Positions 29,607-38,911 of a DNA stretch of 64,000 nt are shown in pieces. The number at the start of each line of letters is the position of its first letter. Position 1 is the stretch's first letter. Position numbers and translations under genes: made by a program. Below the pieces are notes generated by a model. The model saw nothing but the letters and a program-made list of their open reading frames with translations, made no database searches and was not told the DNA's origin. The stretch is from an uncultured Candidatus Saccharibacteria bacterium (GTDB lineage Bacteria; Patescibacteriota; Andersenbacteria; UBA10190), in assembly GCA_964371255.1 (NCBI GenBank), contig CAYJKV010000002.1:2553-66552 (forward strand), written 5' to 3'.

Positions 29607-30572
29607 ATGAAAAAACCTTTACAAAACACAATGATTATCGGAACAGGAACAATCATTACTATTGCCCTGATAGCATGGTTTATCATCACTGACCAAACTC
29701 ACGATCCCCTTCTCCCTAATAACCGGGTTATCGTCGCTACCTCTATCTTCCCTCTGACAGACATCGCTGAAAATATTGGCGGTCAACACATCACTGTGGT
29801 CCAACTCCTTCCCTCCGGCGCTTCCCCCCATAGCTATACCCTGACTCCCAGTCAGCTCACCAACATTCAAAACGCCAAGGCCCTCTTTGTCATCGGCCAT
29901 AATCTCGATACGTGGGCTACAACGACTGTAACCAGAGCAACCAACATTCCAACAGTGGTAGTGGATAATAATATCGCATTACAAGCATTCGGTGGCGAAC
30001 ATGAGCACGAGCACGAAGACGGAGATGAAGAACATGAGGAAGAAAACCATAATCACGACCATGAAGCAGGAGCGATAGATCCACATTATTGGCTCACGGT
30101 TCCTAACGCTCAAGAAATTGCTAAGACAATTGCGTTAACTCTTCAGAACGCTGATCCAGTGCACAGCAGTTATTATGCACAGAATTTACAGGACTATTTA
30201 ACTGAGCTTGATGAGGTAGAAGCCGAACTGCAGGCTCTGGCACACCAAGCACATCAGGCTGAGTTTATCGCCATCCACGACGCTTGGCGGTATCTCGCCG
30301 ACCACTATGGTCTCAGGTTAGTGGCAACATATGAGCCGGTCGAAGGACGGGAACCATCCATCCGGGACATACAGGAGTTACAAGAAATTATTACCAAGCA
30401 TAACATTCATACCTTCTTTACCGAACCGCAGAAACAATCAACTGGCGCTGCCAGGTTTCTGCAACAGGATTTAGGACTGAAAATAAAAGTGCTTGATCCG
30501 ATTGGCGGGACCAAGAACACAAACAGTTATGTCGCAATGATGCGAGAAAACATCAAAGCTATTGCGCAATAA
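29607..30572 (+). CDS. znuA: Zinc/metal ABC transporter substrate-binding protein (ZnuA/AdcA-type)
   Basis: GASPHSY, His/Glu-rich loop HEHEHEDGDEEHEEENHNHDHE, DPHYWL, HDAWRY, LDPIG. Confidence 0.88.
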   Translation: MKKPLQNTMIIGTGTIITIALIAWFIITDQTHDPLLPNNRVIVATSIFPLTDIAENIGGQHITVVQLLPSGASPHSYTLTPSQLTNIQNAKALFVIGHNLDTWATTTVTRATNIPTVVVDNNIALQAFGGEHEHEHEDGDEEHEEENHNHDHEAGAIDPHYWLTVPNAQEIAKTIALTLQNADPVHSSYYAQNLQDYLTELDEVEAELQALAHQAHQAEFIAIHDAWRYLADHYGLRLVATYEPVEGREPSIRDIQELQEIITKHNIHTFFTEPQKQSTGAARFLQQDLGLKIKVLDPIGGTKNTNSYVAMMRENIKAIAQ

Positions 30573-30656
30573 GTTCGGCGCCGATCCCAGGTCGGAGATA
30601 TATTCTATAAAACTATCAACACACAAATCCTGTCCGCACTAGGCGACCCCTTCAGG

Positions 30657-30737
30657 TCCACACCTGGTGTGGAGAGAGGGAATACATCGACCAATTTTAC
30701 GAGCCGACCAGCCTTGCCAGTACAGGCGGACCGCCTG
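30657..30737. repeat. REP-like short palindromes
   Basis: TCCACACC-T-GGTGTGGA (30657-30673) and CAGGCGG-A-CCGCCTG (30723-30737). Confidence 0.55.
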
Positions 30738-30922
30738 CATCCGGATACGAGGCAAACGAGGGTTTTGTGAGTATGACATGGTCATAGTGTGACACCGAGG
30801 GGTGGTGCCAAGCTATTGAACCATTACGATAAATTTGACTATATTTGCCATATATGCTACATTACCAATTCTGATATTGCTGGTTCCTCCGCAACTAAAC
30901 CATATTTTACAGGGGTCAAGCC

Positions 30923-31108
30923 ATGAGCAATATTTGCTTTGGTCGGTTCATTAGGGGTGGCAAAACATATAACTGCTCTTACGATCCCGATGAGCGAAAC
31001 CGAAAAGGAGAATTAGTCCGGTACTGGAAAAGCAAACCATTCGCCACTAACTTCTACCGCGCGCCGGATCAGTGTCGAGTTAAGCCCAAGGACATTCACT
31101 CTCTTTGA
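30923..31108 (+). CDS. Small basic ORFan in a stand-alone cassette
   Basis: TTGACT-N17-TACATT (30835-30863), AGGGG upstream of ATG, terminator downstream. Confidence 0.55.
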   Translation: MSNICFGRFIRGGKTYNCSYDPDERNRKGELVRYWKSKPFATNFYRAPDQCRVKPKDIHSL

Positions 31109-31132
31109 TTAGTCGCTGCCGCTCTTCAATCC

Positions 31133-31168
31133 AAAGTCGCTCGGTTCGCCCTGCGACTTTTTCTTTTC
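31133..31168 (+). terminator. Intrinsic terminator
   Basis: AAAGTCGC...GCGACTTT followed by a T-rich run. Confidence 0.7.
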
Positions 31169-31380
31169 CCCCAGTTTGTTTAAGTGTCTTAAATTTATTC
31201 GCCACCATGGTCTAGAACCGTACTCTTGAGTTTTTAGGGGGATATGACAAAACCTTAGGGGGTGTTATTTAATAAAGCATATAACAAAATGTTACAGATT
31301 TTTGGGGGTTTACGAATGTAACATTTCGCTGAAAACAAGAAAGTTGAAGGATGATTAAAGTATAAGTGTTTCATTCTCAG

Positions 31381-31414
31381 AAAAAATAAAAAACCGCCAG
31401 TTACCTGGTGGGAG
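31381..31414 (-). terminator. Intrinsic terminator of the NUDIX-like gene
   Basis: Minus strand CCACCAG-GTAA-CTGGCGG-TTTTTTATTTTT. Confidence 0.7.
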
Positions 31415-31443
31415 TAGTTTAAGACATACTCAGGTCAAAGAAC

Positions 31444-32151
31444 TTACTTCAGACTTGCCCATCCTCCGTGGAGTTCGAGTCCGAGATGGAAAACGGTGGC
31501 CAAAGCGAGCCACTCAATCACGACTCCTTGCTGACCCTGCTCGAACAGGAAATTTTGCACCTGCGTTAGAGGACCAAACCAGCACGCCTCTGGGATAACC
31601 ACTTCACGTTGAGGCGGTTGGGCCGGTTTGCGAACCAGGGCTAGACGCGTGGTATATAGCTCGGCGTTCGTGCCAGCATCATTAGCGGCCGGAAAGATTA
31701 CGAGCGGGGCTGTCTGGATGACATCTTTGTCACCATCAAGCCCGTATTCTTCCACCACTTCCCGAATGCCTGTTACCAGCGTGTCCTCGCTGCCTTCACC
31801 GACGCCACCGGGGAATTCGAGTTGGTAATTGACGGTCAAGTCAATTGGGTACTCGAAGTAGGTCACCGGACGGTCAGCCGCAAGTACCAGCGTTGAAAAG
31901 TTATCAAGACCAGTTAAGCGCAGCGTTTTCAAGAACGACGGTAACGTATTCGCCGGACTTTCTTCCTGAATGAGGGTTGCGTCTTCATTCAGACAGATGA
32001 CCATCATCTTGGCTGCGAGCAAGTTGCTCTTGTTTTCATTGTGAGCAGCCAACTCGCGTGGCCCTGCTGCGGTCTGCACTTTGTAAAAGCTGTTGAAGTA
32101 GCCCTTGTGCAAACATTCCATTTGGTCACGGCGAAAAATGGTTCGTGGCAT
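31444..32151 (-). CDS. NUDIX-family protein (ADP-ribose pyrophosphatase-like), stand-alone cassette
   Basis: LEFPGGVGEGSEDTLVTGIREVVEEYGL; AGGAG SD; TTGACA-N17-TAATCA upstream. Confidence 0.75.
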   Translation of the reverse strand: MPRTIFRRDQMECLHKGYFNSFYKVQTAAGPRELAAHNENKSNLLAAKMMVICLNEDATLIQEESPANTLPSFLKTLRLTGLDNFSTLVLAADRPVTYFEYPIDLTVNYQLEFPGGVGEGSEDTLVTGIREVVEEYGLDGDKDVIQTAPLVIFPAANDAGTNAELYTTRLALVRKPAQPPQREVVIPEACWFGPLTQVQNFLFEQGQQGVVIEWLALATVFHLGLELHGGWASLK

Positions 32152-32295
32152 TTGTCTACTCCTATTTCTGGAAAGGACAGGGGTGATCTAAAAACAGTGA
32201 TACCGACCTCTCTGATTAGCATATAACGATATTAATGTCAAGCACGAGCTTGGTGAAGTTACCTACAGTTTACAACTGGCACTATCCTTGCTGCT

Positions 32296-32664
32296 GTGGC
32301 TGACATTACTTACAGTCTCTACGCCAGAAAGGCGACTGAAAGCGACGAACTCCAAACCCTTTCTATCAATTCTCAAATTAAGGAAATGCTGGATCAGGCT
32401 GAACGGGACGGGGTCCGGGTGAGAGAAATCAGAAGGAAAAGCCATTCGGCCATCCGCTGCCGGGGGTTTATGCAGAGCATGCTCAAGCAAAACGATGATG
32501 CTATTAAAACAACCAACGTGGATATCCGCGACTACGCTAAGCACATCCTCCTCACAGGCAAGCGAGAGGACAAACAAGCGATTATGGCCGGCGTCACAAC
32601 CACGCTGTATTTGAAATCCAAGACAATTTGGACGAGGAAGCCACCAGGACAGCAAACCCTATAA
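32296..32664 (+). pseudogene. Internally deleted large serine recombinase remnant
   Basis: N-terminal YSLYARKATESDELQTLSINSQ...KSHSA (YARKS Ser replaced by Ala) joined to a C-terminal-like VDIRDYAKHILLTG segment; only 122 aa. Confidence 0.75.
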
Positions 32665-33411
32665 TTTCTCTACTAGGACATTCTTTACGAACGCTTTTTC
32701 GTGACCCGAATTGCGAAATCCAATTGATCCATACTCTAGCGTCATAGGAAATGGAATTCGTGATACTGGATACTCGTCGCTATGCTTGTATTGGATTATC
32801 ACGACGCCTGATGGGATGTCCCAAACACGATCAAATAGCTCCTTTCCATTTGAGTCGGCAATAATAATTCGTATTCTTTTGTTGTCGCAACTTATCTTGC
32901 ACCTGTACCACTTATCTTGAGACAAAGAATTTTCAAAAGTCAGTTTTGCGTCTTTGTGTTCCCAAATACTCCAACCGTCGTTGATTCTAACATGTGGCCG
33001 GATGCCCTCTAGCGTAAATTGCAGCATCACATAATTTGCCAGGTTTACTGCTCGTAGTATTACGCCAAGGCACGTGTTCATGGCTTTGAAGTCAAAGCTA
33101 AACTCGTAATTGCTCCAAGTTAGACATTTAGAATAAATTACCCCTGGGTCTGCTTGGGTGACTACGAAGGCTTGGCTTTGTCTCTCATATTCAAATTTAC
33201 TGCTTCCCAGCCAATCATCCCTTTCACGTGGTTGCGATAATGGCAGGTAGTAAAAAGCCCGATCTCGTATTCTCAGGTAAATGACAGCCAGTAAAGAGGC
33301 AAAGATTACAAAAACTGAATATCGAGGCGTTAAAATTGCAGTCACCACCGCAACCAAAGAAGCCAGGATGTCGAACTTATACTCGCGGAGAAAATAATAT
33401 AGTTTCTTCAT
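32659..33411 (-). CDS. 2-TM protein with a C-terminal beta-sandwich (concanavalin/DUF1080-like) domain
   Basis: Two N-terminal hydrophobic helices; WSNYEFSFDFK, GVILRA, KWYRCKI, YGSIGFR, VKNVLV. Confidence 0.65.
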   Translation of the reverse strand: MKKLYYFLREYKFDILASLVAVVTAILTPRYSVFVIFASLLAVIYLRIRDRAFYYLPLSQPRERDDWLGSSKFEYERQSQAFVVTQADPGVIYSKCLTWSNYEFSFDFKAMNTCLGVILRAVNLANYVMLQFTLEGIRPHVRINDGWSIWEHKDAKLTFENSLSQDKWYRCKISCDNKRIRIIIADSNGKELFDRVWDIPSGVVIIQYKHSDEYPVSRIPFPMTLEYGSIGFRNSGHEKAFVKNVLVEKL

Positions 33412-33450
33412 AGATAGCAAATGATAGAGTTTAGAACCTGTTTTTTAGTG

Positions 33451-33521
33451 TTCCGGGACGTGGATTCGAACCACGATTAGGAGATCCAAAGTCTCCCGTC
33501 CTGCCATTAGACGATCCCGGA
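33451..33521 (-). tRNA. tRNA-Gln(TTG), CCA not encoded
   Basis: TCCGGGATCGTCTAATGGCAGGACGGGAGA-CTTTGGA-TCTCCTAATCGTGGTTCGAATCCACGTCCCGGAA. Confidence 0.95.
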
Positions 33522-33582
33522 TTATAAAACTAAATAAACTTGGCTTTAGTATGAAGAGCCCTTGTTTCCCTTAACAAGCGCC

Positions 33583-33772
33583 CCTCGTAGCTTTAGCGAA
33601 GTGGATCCTTAGATTCATCCTGAGCTTGTCGAAGGACGATCCCGGAATAGCGTAGCTCTTCCAACTTACCCCAAAAAACCCTAATTTATCAACCTTTACT
33701 GCTTATCCCGCGTCTTTTAGTCATTAGGATTTAGGATTTGATTGGACATTGGTCATTGGGACTTGGTCATTC
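33583..33772. repeat. REP-like units (TAGCTTTAGCGAAGTGG; CCTGAGCTTGTCGAAGG) and heptamer-period TTAGGAT/TTGGTCA repeats
   Basis: Direct inspection; shares motifs with 5297 and 12406. Confidence 0.65.
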
Positions 33773-33776
33773 TATT

Positions 33777-35255
33777 CTACCCAAACACTTCCTTCACCGT
33801 CTCATAAAACTGCTCTTCCCTACTTATTCCCTTGCCATTATTGCTCTGCCCGCTGCTAGGACTGGCTTCATCTAAAATAAACACCGCTTCTGTTTTGACT
33901 CCCAATAAAGCTTCCAGCGCCTCTTCCACCATGGCTTTATTCCGCGCTGTGCTGAAAAAATTTCGGTGTAATGAATATCTGGCCCGTAAATCCACTCGGC
34001 CTTCGCTACCGGCGATCGGTTCAATGGCTCGCAAAAAAGTCGCTGCGACCGGATTCTTACTTTTAACCGCCTCGATTAATTGCGGCCATATTTGGGCAAT
34101 CTTCTCTACTCCTGGCCCATTAGTTTTATTCTCAACCGGCGCTGGGCTGGTGATCGGTGCCGGTTTGCTTTCCGCCCGCGGCTCCTGCAGCGGCGCTTCT
34201 TTTTTAGCTGCCGGTAAAGTACCCTGCACGGGCCCCTGTGTCGTGCATATGGTCAATATCGCGAGATGCAGAGCAATCTGCGGCTGTGGTACATAGTCTA
34301 AATCCTGTCTGGCTTGTAATAACGCTCGGATAATTGCTGTCCAGCGCCCGGCCTCGCTCGTATTTTTTTCTATCGCCGCTATAGCTTTATCTCGCGCCCG
34401 ACGAATACTCTCCTGCAAAAATTGTTCCGGGTCATGTCCGCCGTTGCAGGCGCTGTCGACCGCCGTCAATGCTGCTGCACTTTCCCCCCTGAGCATTGCG
34501 CTCAAAAAATCTTCCAGGACCGCATCGGGCGGCAGGCCCAGCAATTCCATCAGCGCTTCTTTTTTCAGTTCATTGTCTTGCAGAGTTAGCAGCTGTCCCA
34601 ATAAAGACTCGGCGTCGCGGTAGCAACCGTCTGACCGTTCCACAATAAAATCCATGACGCCATCTTCCGCCTGCCTCTTTTCTTTAGCCAGCAAAAATCG
34701 CAGCCTCCCCAGCATTTCCTCCCGGGACGCCCGCTTAAACCGGTAAACTTGGCAGCGTGACAAAATTGTCGGCAGCACTTTATGCAGTTCCGTTGTGGCT
34801 AAGATGAAGATGGCGTGCTTGACCGGCTCCTCTAAAGTTTTCAGCAGCGCCGCGGCCGCTTCTGGTGTGAGCATGTGCACTTCATCGATGATATATACTT
34901 TGTATTTGCCCATGCTCGGTGCTGAAGCGATCCGGTCGCGCAACGCCCGGATGTCATCAATCCCGCGGTTACTGGCGGCATCAATCTCAATCACGTCAAT
35001 ATTGCGCCCCGCAGCCATCGCCTGGCATGACTCGCATTGGCCGCACGGCTCTGCTTCTGTCGCTTGCTCGCAATTTAACCGCTTGGCCAGAATCCGGGCG
35101 GTGGTTGTCTTGCCCGTACCCCGCGGCCCATAAAACAAATACGCGTGTGTTAAGCGATTCTTCACAATCGCTGCTTGCAGCGTCTCTGTCACGTGTTTTT
35201 GTCCCGTCACCTCGCTAAAAATAGCCGGCCGGTATTGGCGATATAATGTGGTCAC
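33777..35255 (-). CDS. dnaX: DNA polymerase III subunit gamma/tau
   Basis: LYRQYRP, GPRGTGKTT, EIDAASNRG, IIDEVHML, SRCQ. Confidence 0.96.
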   Translation of the reverse strand: MTTLYRQYRPAIFSEVTGQKHVTETLQAAIVKNRLTHAYLFYGPRGTGKTTTARILAKRLNCEQATEAEPCGQCESCQAMAAGRNIDVIEIDAASNRGIDDIRALRDRIASAPSMGKYKVYIIDEVHMLTPEAAAALLKTLEEPVKHAIFILATTELHKVLPTILSRCQVYRFKRASREEMLGRLRFLLAKEKRQAEDGVMDFIVERSDGCYRDAESLLGQLLTLQDNELKKEALMELLGLPPDAVLEDFLSAMLRGESAAALTAVDSACNGGHDPEQFLQESIRRARDKAIAAIEKNTSEAGRWTAIIRALLQARQDLDYVPQPQIALHLAILTICTTQGPVQGTLPAAKKEAPLQEPRAESKPAPITSPAPVENKTNGPGVEKIAQIWPQLIEAVKSKNPVAATFLRAIEPIAGSEGRVDLRARYSLHRNFFSTARNKAMVEEALEALLGVKTEAVFILDEASPSSGQSNNGKGISREEQFYETVKEVFG

Positions 35256-35269
35256 AAAACGAGTTTATC

Positions 35270-35782
35270 CTACGCCTTCACTTCTCTCAAGACCCTGGAT
35301 GGTTTCTTAAATATCAAAAACTTACTGCCGGCAAAATTTAGGAACAAAATAATGCCAATAGCTAATACTTTGGCCGCATTATCTTTTTGGTCACCGAATA
35401 GCTGCTGCACCATCGGCACTTGAAAAGTAAACATCGAAACTAGCAATTGATTTAATACCCAGGTAAAAAAGTTCAGCGTAAAATATCCTACCCACTGTTT
35501 GGCCACTTCCTTGCTGGTATCTCTAAAAGTCCAGTACTTATTAAACAAAAAATTGCTGATAATCGCGAGGAACACACTGATGTTATTAGCCACAATAATT
35601 TGCTGACCAAGTACCATATAAGACATAACAAAACCTATCCCGCGCGTCAGGAGGTTGTAGGTGCTAAAATCTACGATTGCCCCAATCACTCCGGTTACCC
35701 CGAACTTAATAAATTGTTTTCCACTATTCTGGTACCTGGTTGGTAATTTACCAACCATTTCATCAATCTTCTCTCTTAGCAT
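35270..35782 (-). CDS. GtrA-family membrane protein
   Basis: QFIKFGVTG, SNFLFNKYWTF, NFAGSKFLIF. Confidence 0.88.
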   Translation of the reverse strand: MLREKIDEMVGKLPTRYQNSGKQFIKFGVTGVIGAIVDFSTYNLLTRGIGFVMSYMVLGQQIIVANNISVFLAIISNFLFNKYWTFRDTSKEVAKQWVGYFTLNFFTWVLNQLLVSMFTFQVPMVQQLFGDQKDNAAKVLAIGIILFLNFAGSKFLIFKKPSRVLREVKA

Positions 35783-35804
35783 GATCGCTAATTCGTTTTA
35801 AATT

Positions 35805-36335
35805 TTAATGATGTATAACGTGTTCAACTGCTCCCCACTCTGCCTCGCCGTTCTCAGGAAGCAGAATCGTTACTTCGTCCCCTTCTTCCGCTTTATAGAA
35901 CGTCACGCTGGCCAGTAGGATTTTATAACTCTTTTCCGCCGTCTCGACCGTAAAGTTGCCATGCTCGTCTATTCTCAGTGGTCCACTGACGCGCCGTCTC
36001 TCCACCGGATTAATTTGTTTGTAAACAAACGATCCATCCGCGCCAATTGTCAGTTTCAGCACATCTCCCTCCACTAACTTGGACTTCGAAGCATAGTTAG
36101 GCGGTATGGGATATTCTTCACCATTATTACCCTGCATGTTCTGTCCGTCGAATACGCCTTCAACCACCTTTTCTCCGCCCACGCTCTCTTCAAAGCCCCG
36201 GCTGGATCCGCCCTTCTTGGTCATTAATCCCTCATTCTCTTCCAGCGCTTGCCGCACATACTGAATATTACGCTCGGCTTCATCCAGCCTTTGTTTGATC
36301 AGTGCTAAAGTGCGATTGTCTGTTTTAGTTTCCAT
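35805..36335 (-). CDS. Hypothetical protein (coiled coil + beta-rich domain)
   Basis: VEGVFDGQNM...PPNYASKSKLVEGDVLKL; recalled as a CPR-conserved family, not verified. Confidence 0.75.
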   Translation of the reverse strand: METKTDNRTLALIKQRLDEAERNIQYVRQALEENEGLMTKKGGSSRGFEESVGGEKVVEGVFDGQNMQGNNGEEYPIPPNYASKSKLVEGDVLKLTIGADGSFVYKQINPVERRRVSGPLRIDEHGNFTVETAEKSYKILLASVTFYKAEEGDEVTILLPENGEAEWGAVEHVIHH

Positions 36336-36464
36336 GCTTCTGTTTGTTTCATAATAATTATCCCCTCTTTATTCCATGATAAACTAATGTCAATGATAAA
36401 CAAAATCACCTTCATCTTTTATAATCTGCCAGCTACTTTGATCTATTAGTGGTACTCTGCCTGT

Positions 36465-37997
36465 ATGACTCGTCGCACTTTTTGGTTATTCCTTTGTATA
36501 ATCATCCTGCTTGGCTTAGGTCTGCGCTCTTATCAATTAACTGCCCGCAGCCTATGGTTTGATGAGGCTTTTTCCTGGCGTCTGATTCAATTTCCGGTGT
36601 CTGAAATGGTTGCTCGAGCCGCCACTGATGTCCATCCCCCGCTGTACTATCTACTGCTCAAAGGTTGGGCTTATGTCTTCGCTTCCTCCTTGCTCGCTTT
36701 ACGATCATTTTCAATAGTCATGGCGGGACTAACCATTTGGTGCGGTTACCTTTTTACAGCTTATGCTTTACGGAGCCGAGGCGCGGGCATACTGGCCGCC
36801 TTATTGTTGGCTGTTTCCGGCTGGCAAATTCAGTTCGCCTGGGAGGCGCGTATGTATACCTTGGGTACCGTTTTTCTCCTCCTTTCGTCGTGGTTCCTCC
36901 TGCGCGGTGTTCGCCACCATCGTGTCCTTGATTGGCTCGGCTACTCTCTGACCGCGGCCGCCCTGCTGTATATTCATTACTACGCCATATTCTCTATTGC
37001 CGCACAAATAATTTTTATTATCGGTTATCTCATTATTGCCACCCGGGGACGGATTGGTGAAGTGTTGCAGTGGTCCCTCTTCTGGTATGCTGCCCTGTCT
37101 TACTTTTTGATCTTCTTACTGTTCTTGCCTTGGCTTCCCACTTTCATCGCCCAAAATGCCCAAGTTCAGGCAGCGTACTGGATCCCCGCCATAGGCGGTT
37201 GGTCCATTCCTGATACTTTCTATCGCATGTTAGCCCCAACCGCCGGCATTCCGCAGCACAGCGGCATAGGTTGGATCCTCTTAGCCGTGCTCCCGCTGAT
37301 CGCTACGATTATGGGGCTAATTATCTTAATACTGCCACCCCTTTTTCCGAATCGAACGCAGCCGCGCGATGTTAACTGGCTGGTTTTTTGTTCGGTAGTT
37401 ACACCCTTTGCTGCCAGTATTTTACTGTCGTTTATCGGCCAAAGTTTATACCAGGATCGGTTTTTTGTTTTTGCCCATATTTTTATTTTGATCGGTCTCT
37501 CTCTCTTACTCTTTAAGCTGCCCTTGCGCCAGACACGATCGGTCTTGGTCGTTCTGGTAACTATTGGCTTTCTCGTCGCTTATTTTGCCTACTGGCAAGA
37601 GCTAAATATCCCCGGCCATCCTGGCGCTCGATCCGCCATCGCCGTCGCCGCGGAGAAATTCCAGCCGGCCGATCGAATTATCGCCAGCTCCCCTTTTATC
37701 TTTTTTGCTGCCTTACACTACGCAGAGGAGGAGTATGCACTGCCTGACCCGAAACTTTATTCGGAAACTAATCAATTAGCCCATTTTGCCGGCGAACCAA
37801 TCCTCAAAAGCGATGATCTAATCGGTCCCGATGTTTTTAAGCAGCCCGGCAATCTCTGGGTGATCGATACGACCGGATTTGGTGCCGCGCCACTAGCCGT
37901 GCCGGCGGACTGGCAGCGTGTTTCCAGCCAATCGTTTCCTGAAGTATTCGCCCATCAGGGCGATGTCATTGTCTCGTATTATCAGACAGGCAAATAA
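36465..37997 (+). CDS. GT39/PMT-like (GT-C) membrane glycosyltransferase
   Basis: SLWFDEAFS, DVHPPLYY, EARMY. Confidence 0.88.
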   Translation: MTRRTFWLFLCIIILLGLGLRSYQLTARSLWFDEAFSWRLIQFPVSEMVARAATDVHPPLYYLLLKGWAYVFASSLLALRSFSIVMAGLTIWCGYLFTAYALRSRGAGILAALLLAVSGWQIQFAWEARMYTLGTVFLLLSSWFLLRGVRHHRVLDWLGYSLTAAALLYIHYYAIFSIAAQIIFIIGYLIIATRGRIGEVLQWSLFWYAALSYFLIFLLFLPWLPTFIAQNAQVQAAYWIPAIGGWSIPDTFYRMLAPTAGIPQHSGIGWILLAVLPLIATIMGLIILILPPLFPNRTQPRDVNWLVFCSVVTPFAASILLSFIGQSLYQDRFFVFAHIFILIGLSLLLFKLPLRQTRSVLVVLVTIGFLVAYFAYWQELNIPGHPGARSAIAVAAEKFQPADRIIASSPFIFFAALHYAEEEYALPDPKLYSETNQLAHFAGEPILKSDDLIGPDVFKQPGNLWVIDTTGFGAAPLAVPADWQRVSSQSFPEVFAHQGDVIVSYYQTGK

Positions 37998-38026
37998 ATT
38001 CCCGCTGTTTTTATTGTCAGTCGCTC

Positions 38027-38911
38027 TTATTCACCCAGCGCCGTTTTGTAATAAATCCGGTGTGGAATCCGCACGTCAATATACTGCATCGCTGCCACTT
38101 CTTCTGGGCTTACCGTATCCTGTACTAATTTCTTTATCACATCGATTTGCCCAATCGCTGGCCTCGTCACATCAAATAATACCGTCCAGTTATTGTTTAA
38201 AATTATTTTTACTTCGCGCGCTGCGAGCGATGGTACGTGCACCTCGCCAATTTGCGCTCCCACTAATTGGGGCAGATCTTCATTAGCCACTTGCAGAAAG
38301 CTGATCAATGAAGCATCCACCGCCATCGCGCCAATGGTGACATGAGCCTCCTCGTCATCATTCTTCACCGTAGTTAATACCACGCCCGGTAAGGTGTCTA
38401 GTCGGGCCGCTTCATAAGCAATGCCGCCTTCATCCAGAAAATAATATTTTCCGCCTGATAATAGTAATAAGACGGGTGTCTTTTCCTGCACAATTGCTTT
38501 AACCGTACCGGGTAATTTTCTTACCACATGCACCGTTCGCACTTTCGGTAATCGTCCGATAATGAGCTCCTCGATCGCGTCTGTTTGTACAAAAAAAATA
38601 TTTTTGCCTAGCGTACTGCTGGCAATTTCCTCGTTGATTATCTTTGTTATTTCCTGAGCCGTTTCTTCTCGGGCATCGACTACTGCCACGGCCTGTACAT
38701 TAAAAATATCCGTAAAAAAGAACAGCCATCCAAATAAACCCAGCGGCACCAATAATAAAGCTATCAGCAGTCCCAATGATAACCACTGCAAAATGACACT
38801 GCGTAAAATTATCCATTGCGAAGTCGCCCGTTGTACTAGTCCCAATGACTCGCCTGGTTTACGCCTATTACTGTTTATCTGCCCTTGCCATGCATTCGGC
38901 CACAATTTCAT
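38027..38911 (-). CDS. FtsQ/DivIB-like POTRA-domain cell division protein
   Basis: TM, VRKLPGTVKAIVQEK, C-terminal QYIDVRIPHRIYYK. Confidence 0.8.
   Translation of the reverse strand: MKLWPNAWQGQINSNRRKPGESLGLVQRATSQWIILRSVILQWLSLGLLIALLLVPLGLFGWLFFFTDIFNVQAVAVVDAREETAQEITKIINEEIASSTLGKNIFFVQTDAIEELIIGRLPKVRTVHVVRKLPGTVKAIVQEKTPVLLLLSGGKYYFLDEGGIAYEAARLDTLPGVVLTTVKNDDEEAHVTIGAMAVDASLISFLQVANEDLPQLVGAQIGEVHVPSLAAREVKIILNNNWTVLFDVTRPAIGQIDVIKKLVQDTVSPEEVAAMQYIDVRIPHRIYYKTALGE

Noticed and set aside
32200-32300. attL/attR copy of the tRNA-Gln 3' end at the left of the recombinase remnant
   Set aside because: I found no recognisable copy of TTCCGGGACGTGGATTCGAACC, so the island's left boundary is undefined.
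34195-34210. A6G run in dnaX after domain III as a -1 frameshift site producing gamma
   Set aside because: The phase is GCT AAA AAA GAA, not the A AAA AAG needed for tandem slippage, and there is no upstream SD-like stimulator.
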